A stretch of DNA of 64,000 nucleotides from Candidatus Woesearchaeota archaeon (GTDB lineage Archaea > Nanobdellota > Nanobdellia > Pacearchaeales > GW2011-AR1), in NCBI GenBank assembly GCA_964576755.1, contig CAZNUV010000004.1, positions 740 to 64,739 on the forward strand, given 5' to 3'. The notes under the pieces were generated by a model. That model had not been told where the DNA came from. It saw only the letters and a list, made by a program, of their open reading frames with translations, and did not search any database. Below are positions 10,990 to 20,652 of the stretch, piece after piece; the stretch's first letter is position 1, and each line of letters begins with the position of its first letter. The position numbers and the translations under genes are program-made.

Positions 10990-11274
10990 TTAATTTTGTT
11001 GTTCAGTAAGTAATTTTTCTAATTTATATTTTGGGTGTGCCTTAAATAATCTATAAGAAATAAAGTGGTGTTTTCCGGTTATTATATCTCCAATCATTTC
11101 TATTGAAAATGGGATTGTTATTGGTGCTAAATAAGGAAAATAGTATGTTGCAGGGATAGAGATGGTTAGGCCCATGATTCCATATAGTCTACATCCAATC
11201 CTATATCCTCTGGTCTGCCCATCGATTTTTCTTATTTGATACTGTAGGTCTTTAATATCTTCTTCTCTTGTCAT
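10990..11274 (-). CDS. Hypothetical small membrane protein
   Basis: 94 aa with a central hydrophobic stretch. Confidence 0.4.
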   Translation of the reverse strand: MTREEDIKDLQYQIRKIDGQTRGYRIGCRLYGIMGLTISIPATYYFPYLAPITIPFSIEMIGDIITGKHHFISYRLFKAHPKYKLEKLLTEQQN

Positions 11275-11327
11275 AAAAATAATACTTAAGAAAGGGTATA
11301 TAAATTTGATGCTATTTTTATTCAGAT

Positions 11328-11969
11328 TTAATCATCGTCTTCATCTTCTGTTCCAGTTTCGCCTGTTGAAAAAAGATTCATAAACAAATCTGCAATTCTC
11401 ATTAAGAATTCAATAGCTATTATAAAGATTATATAATAGGGGATGTGGGTAATTAATGAGGGAATTTCATTTATTCCTTGTACAAATGAAGACATCTTAA
11501 AGAAATTTGGCTGAGTTAATGATAAACCTATTAATGTGAAAGGTAACATTTTTGCCAAATCTTGAGATAGCTGTTCATTAATATACGATGTGATTCTTAC
11601 TGATGCAACTAAACCTGCAGCAATTAATAATATTGTTGAAATTGGTTGGCTTTCCGCGAGTATTAATAGAAATAATGCTAAGAATGTAAACCAAAAGAAA
11701 GTGGCTATTGGAAGAATAACAATGTATTCTACAATATAAAATACTGATGCAAGAAACTTTTCAAGAAATGGACTACTAGAATAATTATATTGATTTAGAT
11801 TTAAATCTATTATATTTTTTTTAGCTAGAAATTTATAAAAATAGAAAATAAAAATAGAATAAATAACAATAAGTGCTGTAAAGAATATTAAGACGACTAG
11901 GATACTATTTCCTGAACCAATATAATTCTGAAAATTATCAAAACCTTGTAAAAACGAATCACCCCACAT
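11328..11969 (-). CDS. Polytopic membrane protein with acidic C-terminus
   Basis: 213 aa with multiple TM segments, ending ..GTEDEDDD. Confidence 0.5.
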   Translation of the reverse strand: MWGDSFLQGFDNFQNYIGSGNSILVVLIFFTALIVIYSIFIFYFYKFLAKKNIIDLNLNQYNYSSSPFLEKFLASVFYIVEYIVILPIATFFWFTFLALFLLILAESQPISTILLIAAGLVASVRITSYINEQLSQDLAKMLPFTLIGLSLTQPNFFKMSSFVQGINEIPSLITHIPYYIIFIIAIEFLMRIADLFMNLFSTGETGTEDEDDD

Positions 11970-12010
11970 AAATATAACTAGAATTTATTATTTATAAACT
12001 AATTGTTTTT

Positions 12011-12406
12011 TTACTCGCCCTTTTTTTCTTCAACCGGTTTTGGAGTTAAAAGTTCTTCAAACTTTTTATTACCTGGTTTTAAAACTTTAATATTAATCTG
12101 AACAGTATCTAAAGAAACCTCATTTCCCCTAACAGTTTTTCTCAATCTTATGCCTTTTCTTTTATTGTGCATAGCCATCCCTTTTTTAAGTAGGACTTTT
12201 TTTAATCTAGGTCCTTTAATGTCTGGGAGTCCTGGAAATCCGGCTTTATCAGAAGTTCCAGTTATTTCCAATTCATATCCATTTAAATCTTGAGAGATTT
12301 CATCCCCCTGAATTTTTTCCCCAATTATCTTTCCAATTAGGTTTTCACTTTCTTGTTCTAATTTTAAGGTTTTTCCTTTATCAGATATATTAATTTTAAA
12401 AGGCAT
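12011..12406 (-). CDS. rps6e: Ribosomal protein S6e
   Basis: MPFKINISDKGKT..GYELEITGTSDKAGFPG..KGPRLKKVLL..GIRLRKTVRGN.. matches S6e. Confidence 0.88.
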   Translation of the reverse strand: MPFKINISDKGKTLKLEQESENLIGKIIGEKIQGDEISQDLNGYELEITGTSDKAGFPGLPDIKGPRLKKVLLKKGMAMHNKRKGIRLRKTVRGNEVSLDTVQINIKVLKPGNKKFEELLTPKPVEEKKGE

Positions 12407-12490
12407 ATTAATTTGTTGTTCAGAGGGTTTTTAAAGGTTTTGAGTAATATATGCTAAGATTTATAAAACCAGTTTTTCTCTTGCAAAGTT

Positions 12491-12679
12491 ATGGAAGAAA
12501 TTTCAAAAATATCAAAGAACTATCAGAAAATGCTAGATACAGTTTATAAAACGGATATATATGGAGATCCTATTGCTAGCGAGGATCTTAGTATTATTCA
12601 TGCAGATGGAACTCGTTCTTGTTTAAATTGGGAATTGTCTGGAAAAGGTTTCCATATTGTTGATTTAGAAAATATTTAA
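12491..12679 (+). CDS. Hypothetical protein
   Basis: 62-aa ORF in an otherwise empty interval. No motifs. Confidence 0.3.
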   Translation: MEEISKISKNYQKMLDTVYKTDIYGDPIASEDLSIIHADGTRSCLNWELSGKGFHIVDLENI

Positions 12680-12717
12680 AATAAGTGTATAAGATCATAT
12701 AACCAAATTGAGATCAT

Positions 12718-13158
12718 TTATCTTCTTCTTAGAGTTTTATTAACTATAAATAACAATCCTATAACAATTATTGGCAAGGAGATTATTAAGAAAGTCATAA
12801 GACTTTTATAGGTTTCAAAGAAAAGTGTAAAACCAATTCCAAGAAGGACATATAGGCCTCCGCCAACATATTCCCATTTCCACGCTATAAATAAGATTAA
12901 TAATAAAATTCCTGTTGGGATTAAATGAATTAATAATGAAACAATTGTTTGCCAAAATGTGAAAGTTTCATAAAAAATATCTAATGCAAAAAGAGTTATA
13001 AACAGTGCATATAAAATGGCTAGAACTCTTGGAGTCCAATACATTATTCCTTTCATAGGACTAGAATTATATTCAATTTTTTTACTAGAACTTTTTACAT
13101 TCTTAATTCTTAGTTTAGAAACTTTCTTTTTCACCTTTTTTTTCTTTGCCTTGGGCAT
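12718..13158 (-). CDS. Membrane protein with K-rich N-terminus
   Basis: 146 aa with four hydrophobic segments. Confidence 0.5.
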   Translation of the reverse strand: MPKAKKKKVKKKVSKLRIKNVKSSSKKIEYNSSPMKGIMYWTPRVLAILYALFITLFALDIFYETFTFWQTIVSLLIHLIPTGILLLILFIAWKWEYVGGGLYVLLGIGFTLFFETYKSLMTFLIISLPIIVIGLLFIVNKTLRRR

Positions 13159-13203
13159 ATTTATAATAGGTATAAGATGTTTTTAAAGGTTTTGAGAAGA
13201 GTG

Positions 13204-14946
13204 TTAGACTCCCCAAGTTATATTTTGGGCACGTTTAATCTGAGAAATCTCTTGAAGGGTTTTTACTTCATCTCTAGTTAGAAGATATTTATGTTCTTTG
13301 AACTTTCTAAATTGAGATTCACTTAAATCTGAATAAAGATTTTCCCCTATTTTTAATTGCCTTTCAAAGTTTACTCCTGGGATAGATATTGCTACTTCTT
13401 TTCCAGATTCAGCTTGTTTTACAGAGGATTTATCTTCTTGAATTCCTTTTATTCTTCCTATTTTTTCATTAGATGAATTAATAACTTGTGTTTCTGGTTT
13501 TAATTTTCCTGACTCAATTTTAACCCCAAATATTGCAGGGTTTGAGTTTCTAAAAACAAAATCTAAAACATTTAATTTGAAAATAGAATTTAATTCTCCT
13601 AGTTTCTGTCTTTCAATTTCTTGTAACTTTTCTTGTTTCCATCTTTCATAGTCTTCTATAATTTTATAGACTACAGGGTTTGAGATTATTTTTATATTTT
13701 TTAATTTATGTGCTTCTTCTTCTGATTCTTCATCTAAACTAACATTAAAACCTAATATTACTTTGTCTTCTTCAGGACTTGCATTTGCCTGATACAAATC
13801 TTTTTTATTAATATCCCCAATACCTACTTTTATTACTTTAATCTGTTTTTGTTTTAATAAAAATAAAAGAGCTTCTAGACTTCCTAAAGATTCAGCTTTA
13901 ATAATTATTCCTGATTTATCTGTTTTTATTTCTTCAGATATTTCTTTTTTGAATTCTTTTTCTATTTTTTCTATTTGTGTTTGGTCTTTAACAACTTGGA
14001 AAGGCATTCCAGGCAATATTTCTTCTTTAGATGTAATCTGTATTCTTATTCCTGCAGCTGCTTGAACTGTTTTAGCAGATTGGTATCCTTTAGAAAGAGG
14101 TTTAGCTTGTTCTAAGCTTCTGATTCTAGAAAGAATCGGTTTGTCTAAACTTGCAATCACAATTTCATCTTTAATGTCTAATCCTCCATCATACAAAATA
14201 CAGTCTAAATAATTAATTGATTTTTCTTTTTTTGTTTCAATTATAACTCCTTTCCCATCTTTATTTTTTAATTCTATTCTTTGTTTTAAGAATTTTTGAC
14301 TTAATGCTACAAGCATTGCAAGTAATTCAGAAATACCTTCTCCTGTTTTTGCACTACAAGGAATTATTGCTAGATTTTTTGTAAAGTCCTCTATTTTATA
14401 GTATAATTCTGGGTTAAAACCATGGGTGTTTAGGGCTCCAACAATAGTATAATATTTTTCATCAAAATTTTCTTTAACATTTATAGCTTGATGTTCTACT
14501 GATTCATAACTTAAAAGAGATTGAGAAGTCTTCCATCCAGAGATATTATCTATTTTATTTAATGCAACAATAAATGGAGTCTTATTTGCTTTTAAGATTT
14601 GTAATACTTCTGCTGTTTGAGGTTTTATACCATCATTTATGTCTATAACGAGTATAGCAATATCTGCTAAACTTCCACCCCTTTTACGAAGATTTGTAAA
14701 TGCTGCATGTCCAGGAGTGTCTATAAATAAAAATCCGGGGATTTCAATCGGAATTTTAAACTTTTCTAAGATGTTTCCAGCTCTCTGTTGAATTGTTTCT
14801 TTTGGCATTATTGTTGAAGAAATCTTTTGAGTAATTCCTCCGGCCTCACATTCTGCAACAGAGCTACATCTAATCTTATCTAAAATACTTGTTTTTCCAT
14901 GATCTACATGGCCGGCTACTGTTATAATCGGTTGTCTGATTTTCAT
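13204..14946 (-). CDS. infB: Translation initiation factor aIF5B (IF-2)
   Basis: RQPIITVAGHVDHGKTSILDKIR, DTPGHAAF, LNKID. 580 aa. Confidence 0.92.
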   Translation of the reverse strand: MKIRQPIITVAGHVDHGKTSILDKIRCSSVAECEAGGITQKISSTIMPKETIQQRAGNILEKFKIPIEIPGFLFIDTPGHAAFTNLRKRGGSLADIAILVIDINDGIKPQTAEVLQILKANKTPFIVALNKIDNISGWKTSQSLLSYESVEHQAINVKENFDEKYYTIVGALNTHGFNPELYYKIEDFTKNLAIIPCSAKTGEGISELLAMLVALSQKFLKQRIELKNKDGKGVIIETKKEKSINYLDCILYDGGLDIKDEIVIASLDKPILSRIRSLEQAKPLSKGYQSAKTVQAAAGIRIQITSKEEILPGMPFQVVKDQTQIEKIEKEFKKEISEEIKTDKSGIIIKAESLGSLEALLFLLKQKQIKVIKVGIGDINKKDLYQANASPEEDKVILGFNVSLDEESEEEAHKLKNIKIISNPVVYKIIEDYERWKQEKLQEIERQKLGELNSIFKLNVLDFVFRNSNPAIFGVKIESGKLKPETQVINSSNEKIGRIKGIQEDKSSVKQAESGKEVAISIPGVNFERQLKIGENLYSDLSESQFRKFKEHKYLLTRDEVKTLQEISQIKRAQNITWGV

Positions 14947-15077
14947 AAATAAACCAAGAAAATACCTAATTAAAAGCTTTTGGATGAATCTTCTTAGATT
15001 ATAAAATTCAAAATATTTAAATAATCAATTTGAGTTATAATTATGTAAATTATTTTTAAATTTAAAGGAGGTATAAA

Positions 15078-15281
15078 ATGGGAAAAGGAAGTGCTGTAGA
15101 CAAATTACTTAATCTAGTTACTTGGATAACCGGAGTTCTAGTAAGTCTTGCTGTTGGTTTTGGTATGGTTAGAGGAATTTTAACTGTTCCATATGTTCAA
15201 GCAGTAGTGCCTGTTGCTGGATGGATTGTTGTTATTTTAACAATAGTTAGTGTTGTCTTAGCAATTGTGAATAGAGTTTAA
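15078..15281 (+). CDS. Small two-helix membrane protein
   Basis: 67 aa. AAAGGAGGT precedes the ATG. Confidence 0.5.
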   Translation: MGKGSAVDKLLNLVTWITGVLVSLAVGFGMVRGILTVPYVQAVVPVAGWIVVILTIVSVVLAIVNRV

Positions 15282-15396
15282 TTCTTTAATTTATCTTGAA
15301 TTTTTTTCTTTTTCTTTTTCTAAATTACTTAGCAGTTTAATCTAGGGTTTAAAATTTGATTAGTAATCTTTAAAACACTAGAAAATATATATTTTT

Positions 15397-15675
15397 ATGA
15401 AAATTGATTTAGATGATATAGAAAAGAAGTATGATTTGCAGTTAGATAAACTTGTTCAATCAATAGAAAAATTAGATAAGAAAAATCCAAAGATTTTAAT
15501 TCAATTACCGGATGGTTTTAAACTCTATGCAACTGTCATTGTAGATTATTTACAAGACAAAATATCTAATGGAGCAATATTTTCAATATGGTTAGGTTCT
15601 TGTTTTGGTGCATGTGATATTCCTTCTACAGAGGCTGATTTAATTGTTCAATTTGGTCATGCTCCTTGGGCCTAA
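15397..15675 (+). pseudogene. dph2: Truncated diphthamide synthase Dph2 (N-terminal ~92 aa only)
   Basis: ..ILIQLPDGFK..GSCFGACDI..ADLIVQFGHAPW* matches the N-terminal third of Dph2-type enzymes (about 330 aa full length). The next gene starts 55 nt later. Confidence 0.55.
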
Positions 15676-15730
15676 GATTAGTAATTAATTTCACCTTAAG
15701 TTTTATAAATATCTTTTTCTAGTAAATAAG

Positions 15731-16840
15731 ATGACATTAGGAAAAATATCTACCGTTATGTTTTTGTTATTATCTGTTTTTTTAACTGTTAATCTAGTTG
15801 GTGCTGAAGACATAGTTAATAGCAGTGTTAATCAAACAAATATTTATTATTTTTATGGAGATGGATGTACTCATTGCGCTAAGGTTGCAGAATCAGGAAT
15901 TTTAGAAAAAGTTTCAAACTTAGATGATATTAACTTGGAAAAATTTGAAATCTATCATGATGAATTGGGTAGGGAAAAATTCAATGAATATTCTTCATTG
16001 GTTGGTCTTAGGACAACTGAGAGGGGAGTGCCTTTTTTAGTAATTGATTGCGGAGTTAATTTAACCTATTTAATTGGAGATGGTCCAATTATAAATGATT
16101 TAGAATTAAAAATTCAAATTTGTGGAGAAGGTAATGGTGATGGAAATGGGAATATATCTCCTATAGATCCTTATGCTGGAAAAATAACTCTTGGAAGTTT
16201 AATTATTGCTGCTTTAGTTGATTCTGTTAATCCTTGCGCATTTGGTGTGTTGATTTTCTTAATGATTTCATTATTAAAAATTGGATCTTCTAAACGTGCT
16301 TTGCGAGCAGGTTTAATCTATACATTTGTTGTATTTCTTGTTTACTTTTTTTCAGGTTTAGGATTATTCAAAGTAATTCAATCTTTCACATCTATCACCC
16401 ATTATATCTATATTTCTGCAGGTGTTTTAGTTTTAGCATTAGGTTTGTGGCAGCTTAAAGATGTTTTTCTTCCACAGATTGGACCATCCTTACAAATTTC
16501 CCCAAGTGTAAAACCTCTGATTGAACGAATAATAAAAAAAGGGACTATTCCTGCAATGATCTTGTTAGGGATAGTTGTAAGTCTTTTTGAATTACCGTGT
16601 ACCGGGGGAATTTATATTGCAATATTAACTATGATGTCTATTAATAAGACATTTGGATTAGGATATCTTTTAATCTATAATATTATATTTATATTGCCAT
16701 TGATTATTCTTACATTTTTGATTTATCGTGGTGCAAGTCCTCAGATTTTACAGAAATGGACCTCTAGTGAAAGAAAATGGATGAAACTCGCTGCAGGAAT
16801 TGTGCTTATTGCATTGGGAGCATATATTCTATTTTTTTAA
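15731..16840 (+). CDS. Thioredoxin-like domain fused to CcdA/DsbD-type thiol-disulfide transporter
   Basis: Signal or TM segment, then YFYGDGCTHCAKV (CxxC). The membrane domain has DSVNPCAFGV and ELPCTGGIY, the two conserved Cys of the DsbD/CcdA family. Confidence 0.8.
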   Translation: MTLGKISTVMFLLLSVFLTVNLVGAEDIVNSSVNQTNIYYFYGDGCTHCAKVAESGILEKVSNLDDINLEKFEIYHDELGREKFNEYSSLVGLRTTERGVPFLVIDCGVNLTYLIGDGPIINDLELKIQICGEGNGDGNGNISPIDPYAGKITLGSLIIAALVDSVNPCAFGVLIFLMISLLKIGSSKRALRAGLIYTFVVFLVYFFSGLGLFKVIQSFTSITHYIYISAGVLVLALGLWQLKDVFLPQIGPSLQISPSVKPLIERIIKKGTIPAMILLGIVVSLFELPCTGGIYIAILTMMSINKTFGLGYLLIYNIIFILPLIILTFLIYRGASPQILQKWTSSERKWMKLAAGIVLIALGAYILFF

Positions 16841-16890
16841 TTTTATTTAATTACAATTAATCTTAAATAGGCTTATTTTATTTATTAGAT

Positions 16891-17646
16891 ATGGGTATTG
16901 TATCTTGGTTAAAAGGAATTGGAAGTAATACATTGTATTATCCAGGATGTTTGTTAAAAGGAGTGCTTAAACAAGAATTTGAAAATTATAAAGAGATTTT
17001 TAATAGGCTTGGAATTGATTTTATTCTTTTGTCTGATGATGAATTTTGTTGTGGGCTGCCTGTTTTAAATGCAGGTTATAGAAAAGATGCAAGGGATTTA
17101 GCAAAGAAGAATTTTGAATTGTTTAAAAAAAAGAATATCACTAAGATTATTACTAGTTGTCCTTCTTGTTATCATATGTTTAAAGAAATTTATCCTAAGT
17201 TGGTTCACGGGTGGGATATTGAAGTAGAACATGCTACAATTACTATTTATAATAAACTTAAACATAAAAAATTCAAATTTGATGAATTAGAAATTGTTGG
17301 TTATCATGACCCTTGTCATTTAGGGCGTTATGCTCACACTTCAGAAGAAGCAATTTATGAAGAACCTAGAAAAGTTATTTCAATTTTGGGGGGATTGATT
17401 AAAGAATTTTATTTTAATAGAGATGAATCGATTTGTTGTGGCGGAGGCGGGGGTGTTAGAGCTAATTTTAAAAATCTTGCTAAGGACATTGCAAAAAAGA
17501 AAATAGAGTTCCTTCCAGTAGATGCTGTAAAGATTATCTCTCCGTGTGGTTTGTGTTCTGCTAATTTTAAATCTGTTTCAGATAAAAGTGAGGAGTTTTC
17601 ATCTTTTGTTTTGAGAAAATTAAATGAAATAGAAGGGAAAAAATAA
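16891..17646 (+). CDS. Cysteine-rich (CCG) domain protein, GlcF/LutA/HdrD-like
   Basis: Two CCG motifs (DEFCCGLPV, ESICCGGGGG) plus CPSC and DPCH. Confidence 0.7.
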   Translation: MGIVSWLKGIGSNTLYYPGCLLKGVLKQEFENYKEIFNRLGIDFILLSDDEFCCGLPVLNAGYRKDARDLAKKNFELFKKKNITKIITSCPSCYHMFKEIYPKLVHGWDIEVEHATITIYNKLKHKKFKFDELEIVGYHDPCHLGRYAHTSEEAIYEEPRKVISILGGLIKEFYFNRDESICCGGGGGVRANFKNLAKDIAKKKIEFLPVDAVKIISPCGLCSANFKSVSDKSEEFSSFVLRKLNEIEGKK

Positions 17647-17870
17647 TGGCACCAAATTATAATTTTAATAATAACAATAATAATCCCCAGGAAGAAGGTT
17701 ATTCTCAGAACAAGACTCCAAAAATAGAAAATTCTTCAAGGGAAGGAAAAATCCCAAAAGATGTTTTAGATAATCTTGTAGATGATCTCTTAGAGGAATG
17801 GGAAGAATGTGATGATTCAATAAAAGATAAAAACCCTTTTTTAAATAAGAGGAAAAAAATTAACAATTAA
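17646..17870 (+). CDS. Hypothetical acidic, Asn-rich protein
   Basis: 74 aa. The ATG directly abuts the upstream stop (TAATG). Confidence 0.35.
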   Translation: MAPNYNFNNNNNNPQEEGYSQNKTPKIENSSREGKIPKDVLDNLVDDLLEEWEECDDSIKDKNPFLNKRKKINN

Positions 17871-17874
17871 AAAG

Positions 17875-19023
17875 ATGGCTAAAAAAACAAAATCATTAAA
17901 TATTGCTTATGAATCTGATGCAAGTCAGATTAAAGGAGATTCTTGTAGTAATGGTAATTTTGAAGTATTAATCCCTAAGAGTGTTGCAGAGATAAGTCTT
18001 GCTGTGAAATCTCATAATAATGTTGTTCCAAGGGGCGCGGGAACAGGACTGTCTGGGGGGGCTGTTCCTTCTGGTCAAGATTGTATTGTAATTGATATGT
18101 CAAAAATGAATAAAATTTTAGATTTTGATATAAAACATAAAAAGATCGTTGTTCAATCAGGAATGATCTTAGATGAACTTAATGGATTTTTAATGCAGTA
18201 TGGATTAGAATTTCCAATAAATCCTTCAAGTCATTCAGTTTGTACTATTGGTGGAATGATTGCTACTGATGCGGTGGGAAATCGTGCTGTGAAATACGGA
18301 AGAACTTCAAAATGGGTTGAGTGGATTGAGATAGTTGATAATAATGGCCAGGTTCAAAAAAAATCAAAAGTAGAGTTAAGCGATTTTGCAGGATTAGAAG
18401 GGATTACTGGAATTATTATTACTGCTTGTTTAGATTTGGTAGAATTAAAAAAAAGAACTGCAGAATTATTCTCAACAGAAAAGATTTCAGATATAATTGA
18501 CAAAACAAGAGAATTAAAAAGAAATTCTTCTGTTAGTATGATAGAATTTTTTAATAAATCGGCTGCATATATTCTTGGTTTTGGAGAAAAATATTATCTG
18601 ATGATAGAATATGAATCTGAAGAAGGGAATATTACCGGGCAAGATTATAAGAATCTTATAAATTCAAGAGATACATTTGGACCTACACTTTCTAAACACG
18701 GCCACCTATATCTTGAAGACCCACAAATTTATTTAGATAAATTTGAAATAATCATTGATTGGTTTGAGAAAAATAAAATTCCTGTTTTTGGACATTTGGG
18801 TGTTGGAATTCTTCATCCTAGGTTTACACAAGAACAAGTTCAGGCTGGAAAAATCGATGAAATGATGAAATTTATCCTGAGAAATCGTGGAAAAGTTAGT
18901 GGAGAACACGGAATTGGTTTAGGAAAGAAAAAGTTCTTAGATGTTGGAACAAAGAAACTTTATATTTCAGTCAAGAAAAGAAACGACCCAGAAAATAAAT
19001 TTAATCCCGGTAAGATAATTTAA
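17875..19023 (+). CDS. FAD-linked oxidase (GlcD / D-lactate dehydrogenase-like)
   Basis: VVPRGAGTGLSGGAVP FAD-binding PCMH motif and C-terminal ..SGEHGIGLGKK... At 382 aa it is short for the family. Confidence 0.75.
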   Translation: MAKKTKSLNIAYESDASQIKGDSCSNGNFEVLIPKSVAEISLAVKSHNNVVPRGAGTGLSGGAVPSGQDCIVIDMSKMNKILDFDIKHKKIVVQSGMILDELNGFLMQYGLEFPINPSSHSVCTIGGMIATDAVGNRAVKYGRTSKWVEWIEIVDNNGQVQKKSKVELSDFAGLEGITGIIITACLDLVELKKRTAELFSTEKISDIIDKTRELKRNSSVSMIEFFNKSAAYILGFGEKYYLMIEYESEEGNITGQDYKNLINSRDTFGPTLSKHGHLYLEDPQIYLDKFEIIIDWFEKNKIPVFGHLGVGILHPRFTQEQVQAGKIDEMMKFILRNRGKVSGEHGIGLGKKKFLDVGTKKLYISVKKRNDPENKFNPGKII

Positions 19024-19033
19024 ACTATAACAA

Positions 19034-19438
19034 ATGGTAAAAACAAAAATATCTGAGCAAGATAAGATACAGGCACATAATATTACTGAAGAGATTAAAG
19101 AGATTTTAGAACCTTGTATAAATTGCGGAATGTGTAAATCTAAATGTCCTGTTTTTAAAATTCTTAGAGAAGAGTTTTTTTCACCACGTGGGAAAGTATC
19201 TATGCTTAGTAATGAAGTAATTGAAGATGTTGTATTTCAGTGTAATCTTTGTAAAGCTTGTGAAAAAACTTGCTCCCTAGATATAAAAATTTGTGAAGCA
19301 ATCAAAAAATCTCGTGAAGTTTTGGTTTTGAAGAATAAGGGTTTAAATGAGAATAACGAGATGATTAAGAATATTAGAAAAACAGGAAATCCTTTTGGTA
19401 AAAATCCAGAAAAGGCAGAGAAATTATATTGCTGTTGA
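19034..19438 (+). CDS. 4Fe-4S dicluster domain protein (GlcF N-terminal-like)
   Basis: CINCGMCKSKCP and CNLCKACEKTC cluster motifs. Confidence 0.7.
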   Translation: MVKTKISEQDKIQAHNITEEIKEILEPCINCGMCKSKCPVFKILREEFFSPRGKVSMLSNEVIEDVVFQCNLCKACEKTCSLDIKICEAIKKSREVLVLKNKGLNENNEMIKNIRKTGNPFGKNPEKAEKLYCC

Positions 19439-19477
19439 TATTTGTTAATGAAAATCTTATAATTATTGAAGAATAAT

Positions 19478-20425
19478 TTAGTTTTGATTTTGGTTGTTTT
19501 GATTTGAAGAAGGTTGAGTTCTATTTGGCTGAGGAGGGTTTTGTTGTATTTGTTTTTGACTTTGTTGTTCTGCCTTAGCTCTTTCAAGTTCTGCCTTAGC
19601 TTGCTCAAATCTTTTTTGAGCTACAGTAATTTTATCATCTTTATTTTTAATTTCTTCTAATTCTTTTCTAGCTTGTCTCATTGATTCTTGAGCTTGTTGT
19701 AATCTTGATTCTGCATCTTTTAATTCTTCTGCTTCTGACATTTGTTTTTTGCCTTCAGTTTGTTGTTGTTTTAATTCAGATAGTTTAATTGAACTCGGTT
19801 GTTCTTTTTGTGGTGTGGTCGGCTCTACTTTTGAACTCGGTTTGAATATCTTTTTTCTCATGAATAATAATGTTAATGCTATAGCAAGAACGATTATACC
19901 AATTCCTGCATAGATAATGTTTTTTATTCCAAATTTATCTTTTGCAACAGCAAGACCTGTTATTAAAATTCCATCTTCTTTATCTGTTTTTTCAGAATCA
20001 GTTGTTGTGTCTTCTACAATAGTTACTTCCTCTGTTGTTGTTTCTGTAACTTCGGGTTCAACTACTGGTTCGGGTTCACTTTCTTCTTTAGAATTTGTTA
20101 AATCAATGGTTACTGGTTCACCAGTTATATATGGCCCATATATCTCTCGGTAAATTTCTTCCCCATTAAACAGTAACCTTAAGTCTATTTCAAATTCTTC
20201 TTCTAATGTAGATATGCCTTGTACAAGAATTCCAGTTGGTTCAGGATATTTGTGAAAACTATCAATGAAGGTTGTAGTTCCGGGTTTAATCACTCTGGCA
20301 GAAATTTTATAATCTTTGGATGAAACTTTAATAGTAATCTCTGAAGAGGCTGCACTCACAATAGAAAATAATGAGACTATGAGTAATAATATAAACACCC
20401 CATTTATAGTTGCTCTTTTTATCAT
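19478..20425 (-). CDS. Membrane-anchored protein with coiled-coil, Q-rich cytoplasmic tail
   Basis: Signal peptide, T/E-rich linker, one TM (IIYAGIGIIVLAIALTLLF), then repeated A/E/Q/K coiled-coil sequence. Confidence 0.55.
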   Translation of the reverse strand: MIKRATINGVFILLLIVSLFSIVSAASSEITIKVSSKDYKISARVIKPGTTTFIDSFHKYPEPTGILVQGISTLEEEFEIDLRLLFNGEEIYREIYGPYITGEPVTIDLTNSKEESEPEPVVEPEVTETTTEEVTIVEDTTTDSEKTDKEDGILITGLAVAKDKFGIKNIIYAGIGIIVLAIALTLLFMRKKIFKPSSKVEPTTPQKEQPSSIKLSELKQQQTEGKKQMSEAEELKDAESRLQQAQESMRQARKELEEIKNKDDKITVAQKRFEQAKAELERAKAEQQSQKQIQQNPPQPNRTQPSSNQNNQNQN

Positions 20426-20501
20426 ATTCTTTTCTAGTTTTTAGTATTTATAAATATTTTTATGTTTTTTTATAATCAATTCATCTAATTAAAAAATTAA
20501 A

Positions 20502-20581
20502 CGCCCGCACCCCGGATCGAACGGGGATGCCCAAAGGGCCCGGTTTTCTAGACCGGTGCAATACCATTATGCGATGCGGGC
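20502..20581 (-). tRNA. Class II tRNA, apparent tRNA-Ser(AGA)
   Basis: The reverse complement folds by hand. Acceptor GCCCGCA/TGCGGGC with discriminator G. Anticodon stem CCGGT/ACCGG with loop CTAGAAA. 13-nt variable arm GCCCTTTGGGCAT. T arm CCCCG-TTCGATC-CGGGG. No encoded CCA. Confidence 0.75.
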
Positions 20582-20652
20582 TTATTCATTTTAGAAAAAG
20601 TTAATTTATAAATCTTGAGGAAACTTTAGAATCTATTGTTATGGTTATGAGA

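Noticed and set aside
17646-17700. Poly-Asn / AAT-rich run as a possible simple-sequence repeat locus
   Set aside because: It is short (about 7 Asn codons) and lies inside an ORF. That is ordinary for AT-rich genomes.
19237-19608. 123-aa minus-strand ORF overlapping the 4Fe-4S gene and the 315-aa membrane-protein gene
   Set aside because: It overlaps two better-supported genes and its composition is low-complexity K/N/F-rich.
20526-20541. Intron in the class II tRNA (extra 13 nt after the anticodon stem)
   Set aside because: The extra nucleotides form GCCC-TTT-GGGC directly after the anticodon stem, where a long variable arm sits. I could not draw a bulge-helix-bulge. G73 and the overall length fit tRNA-Ser.
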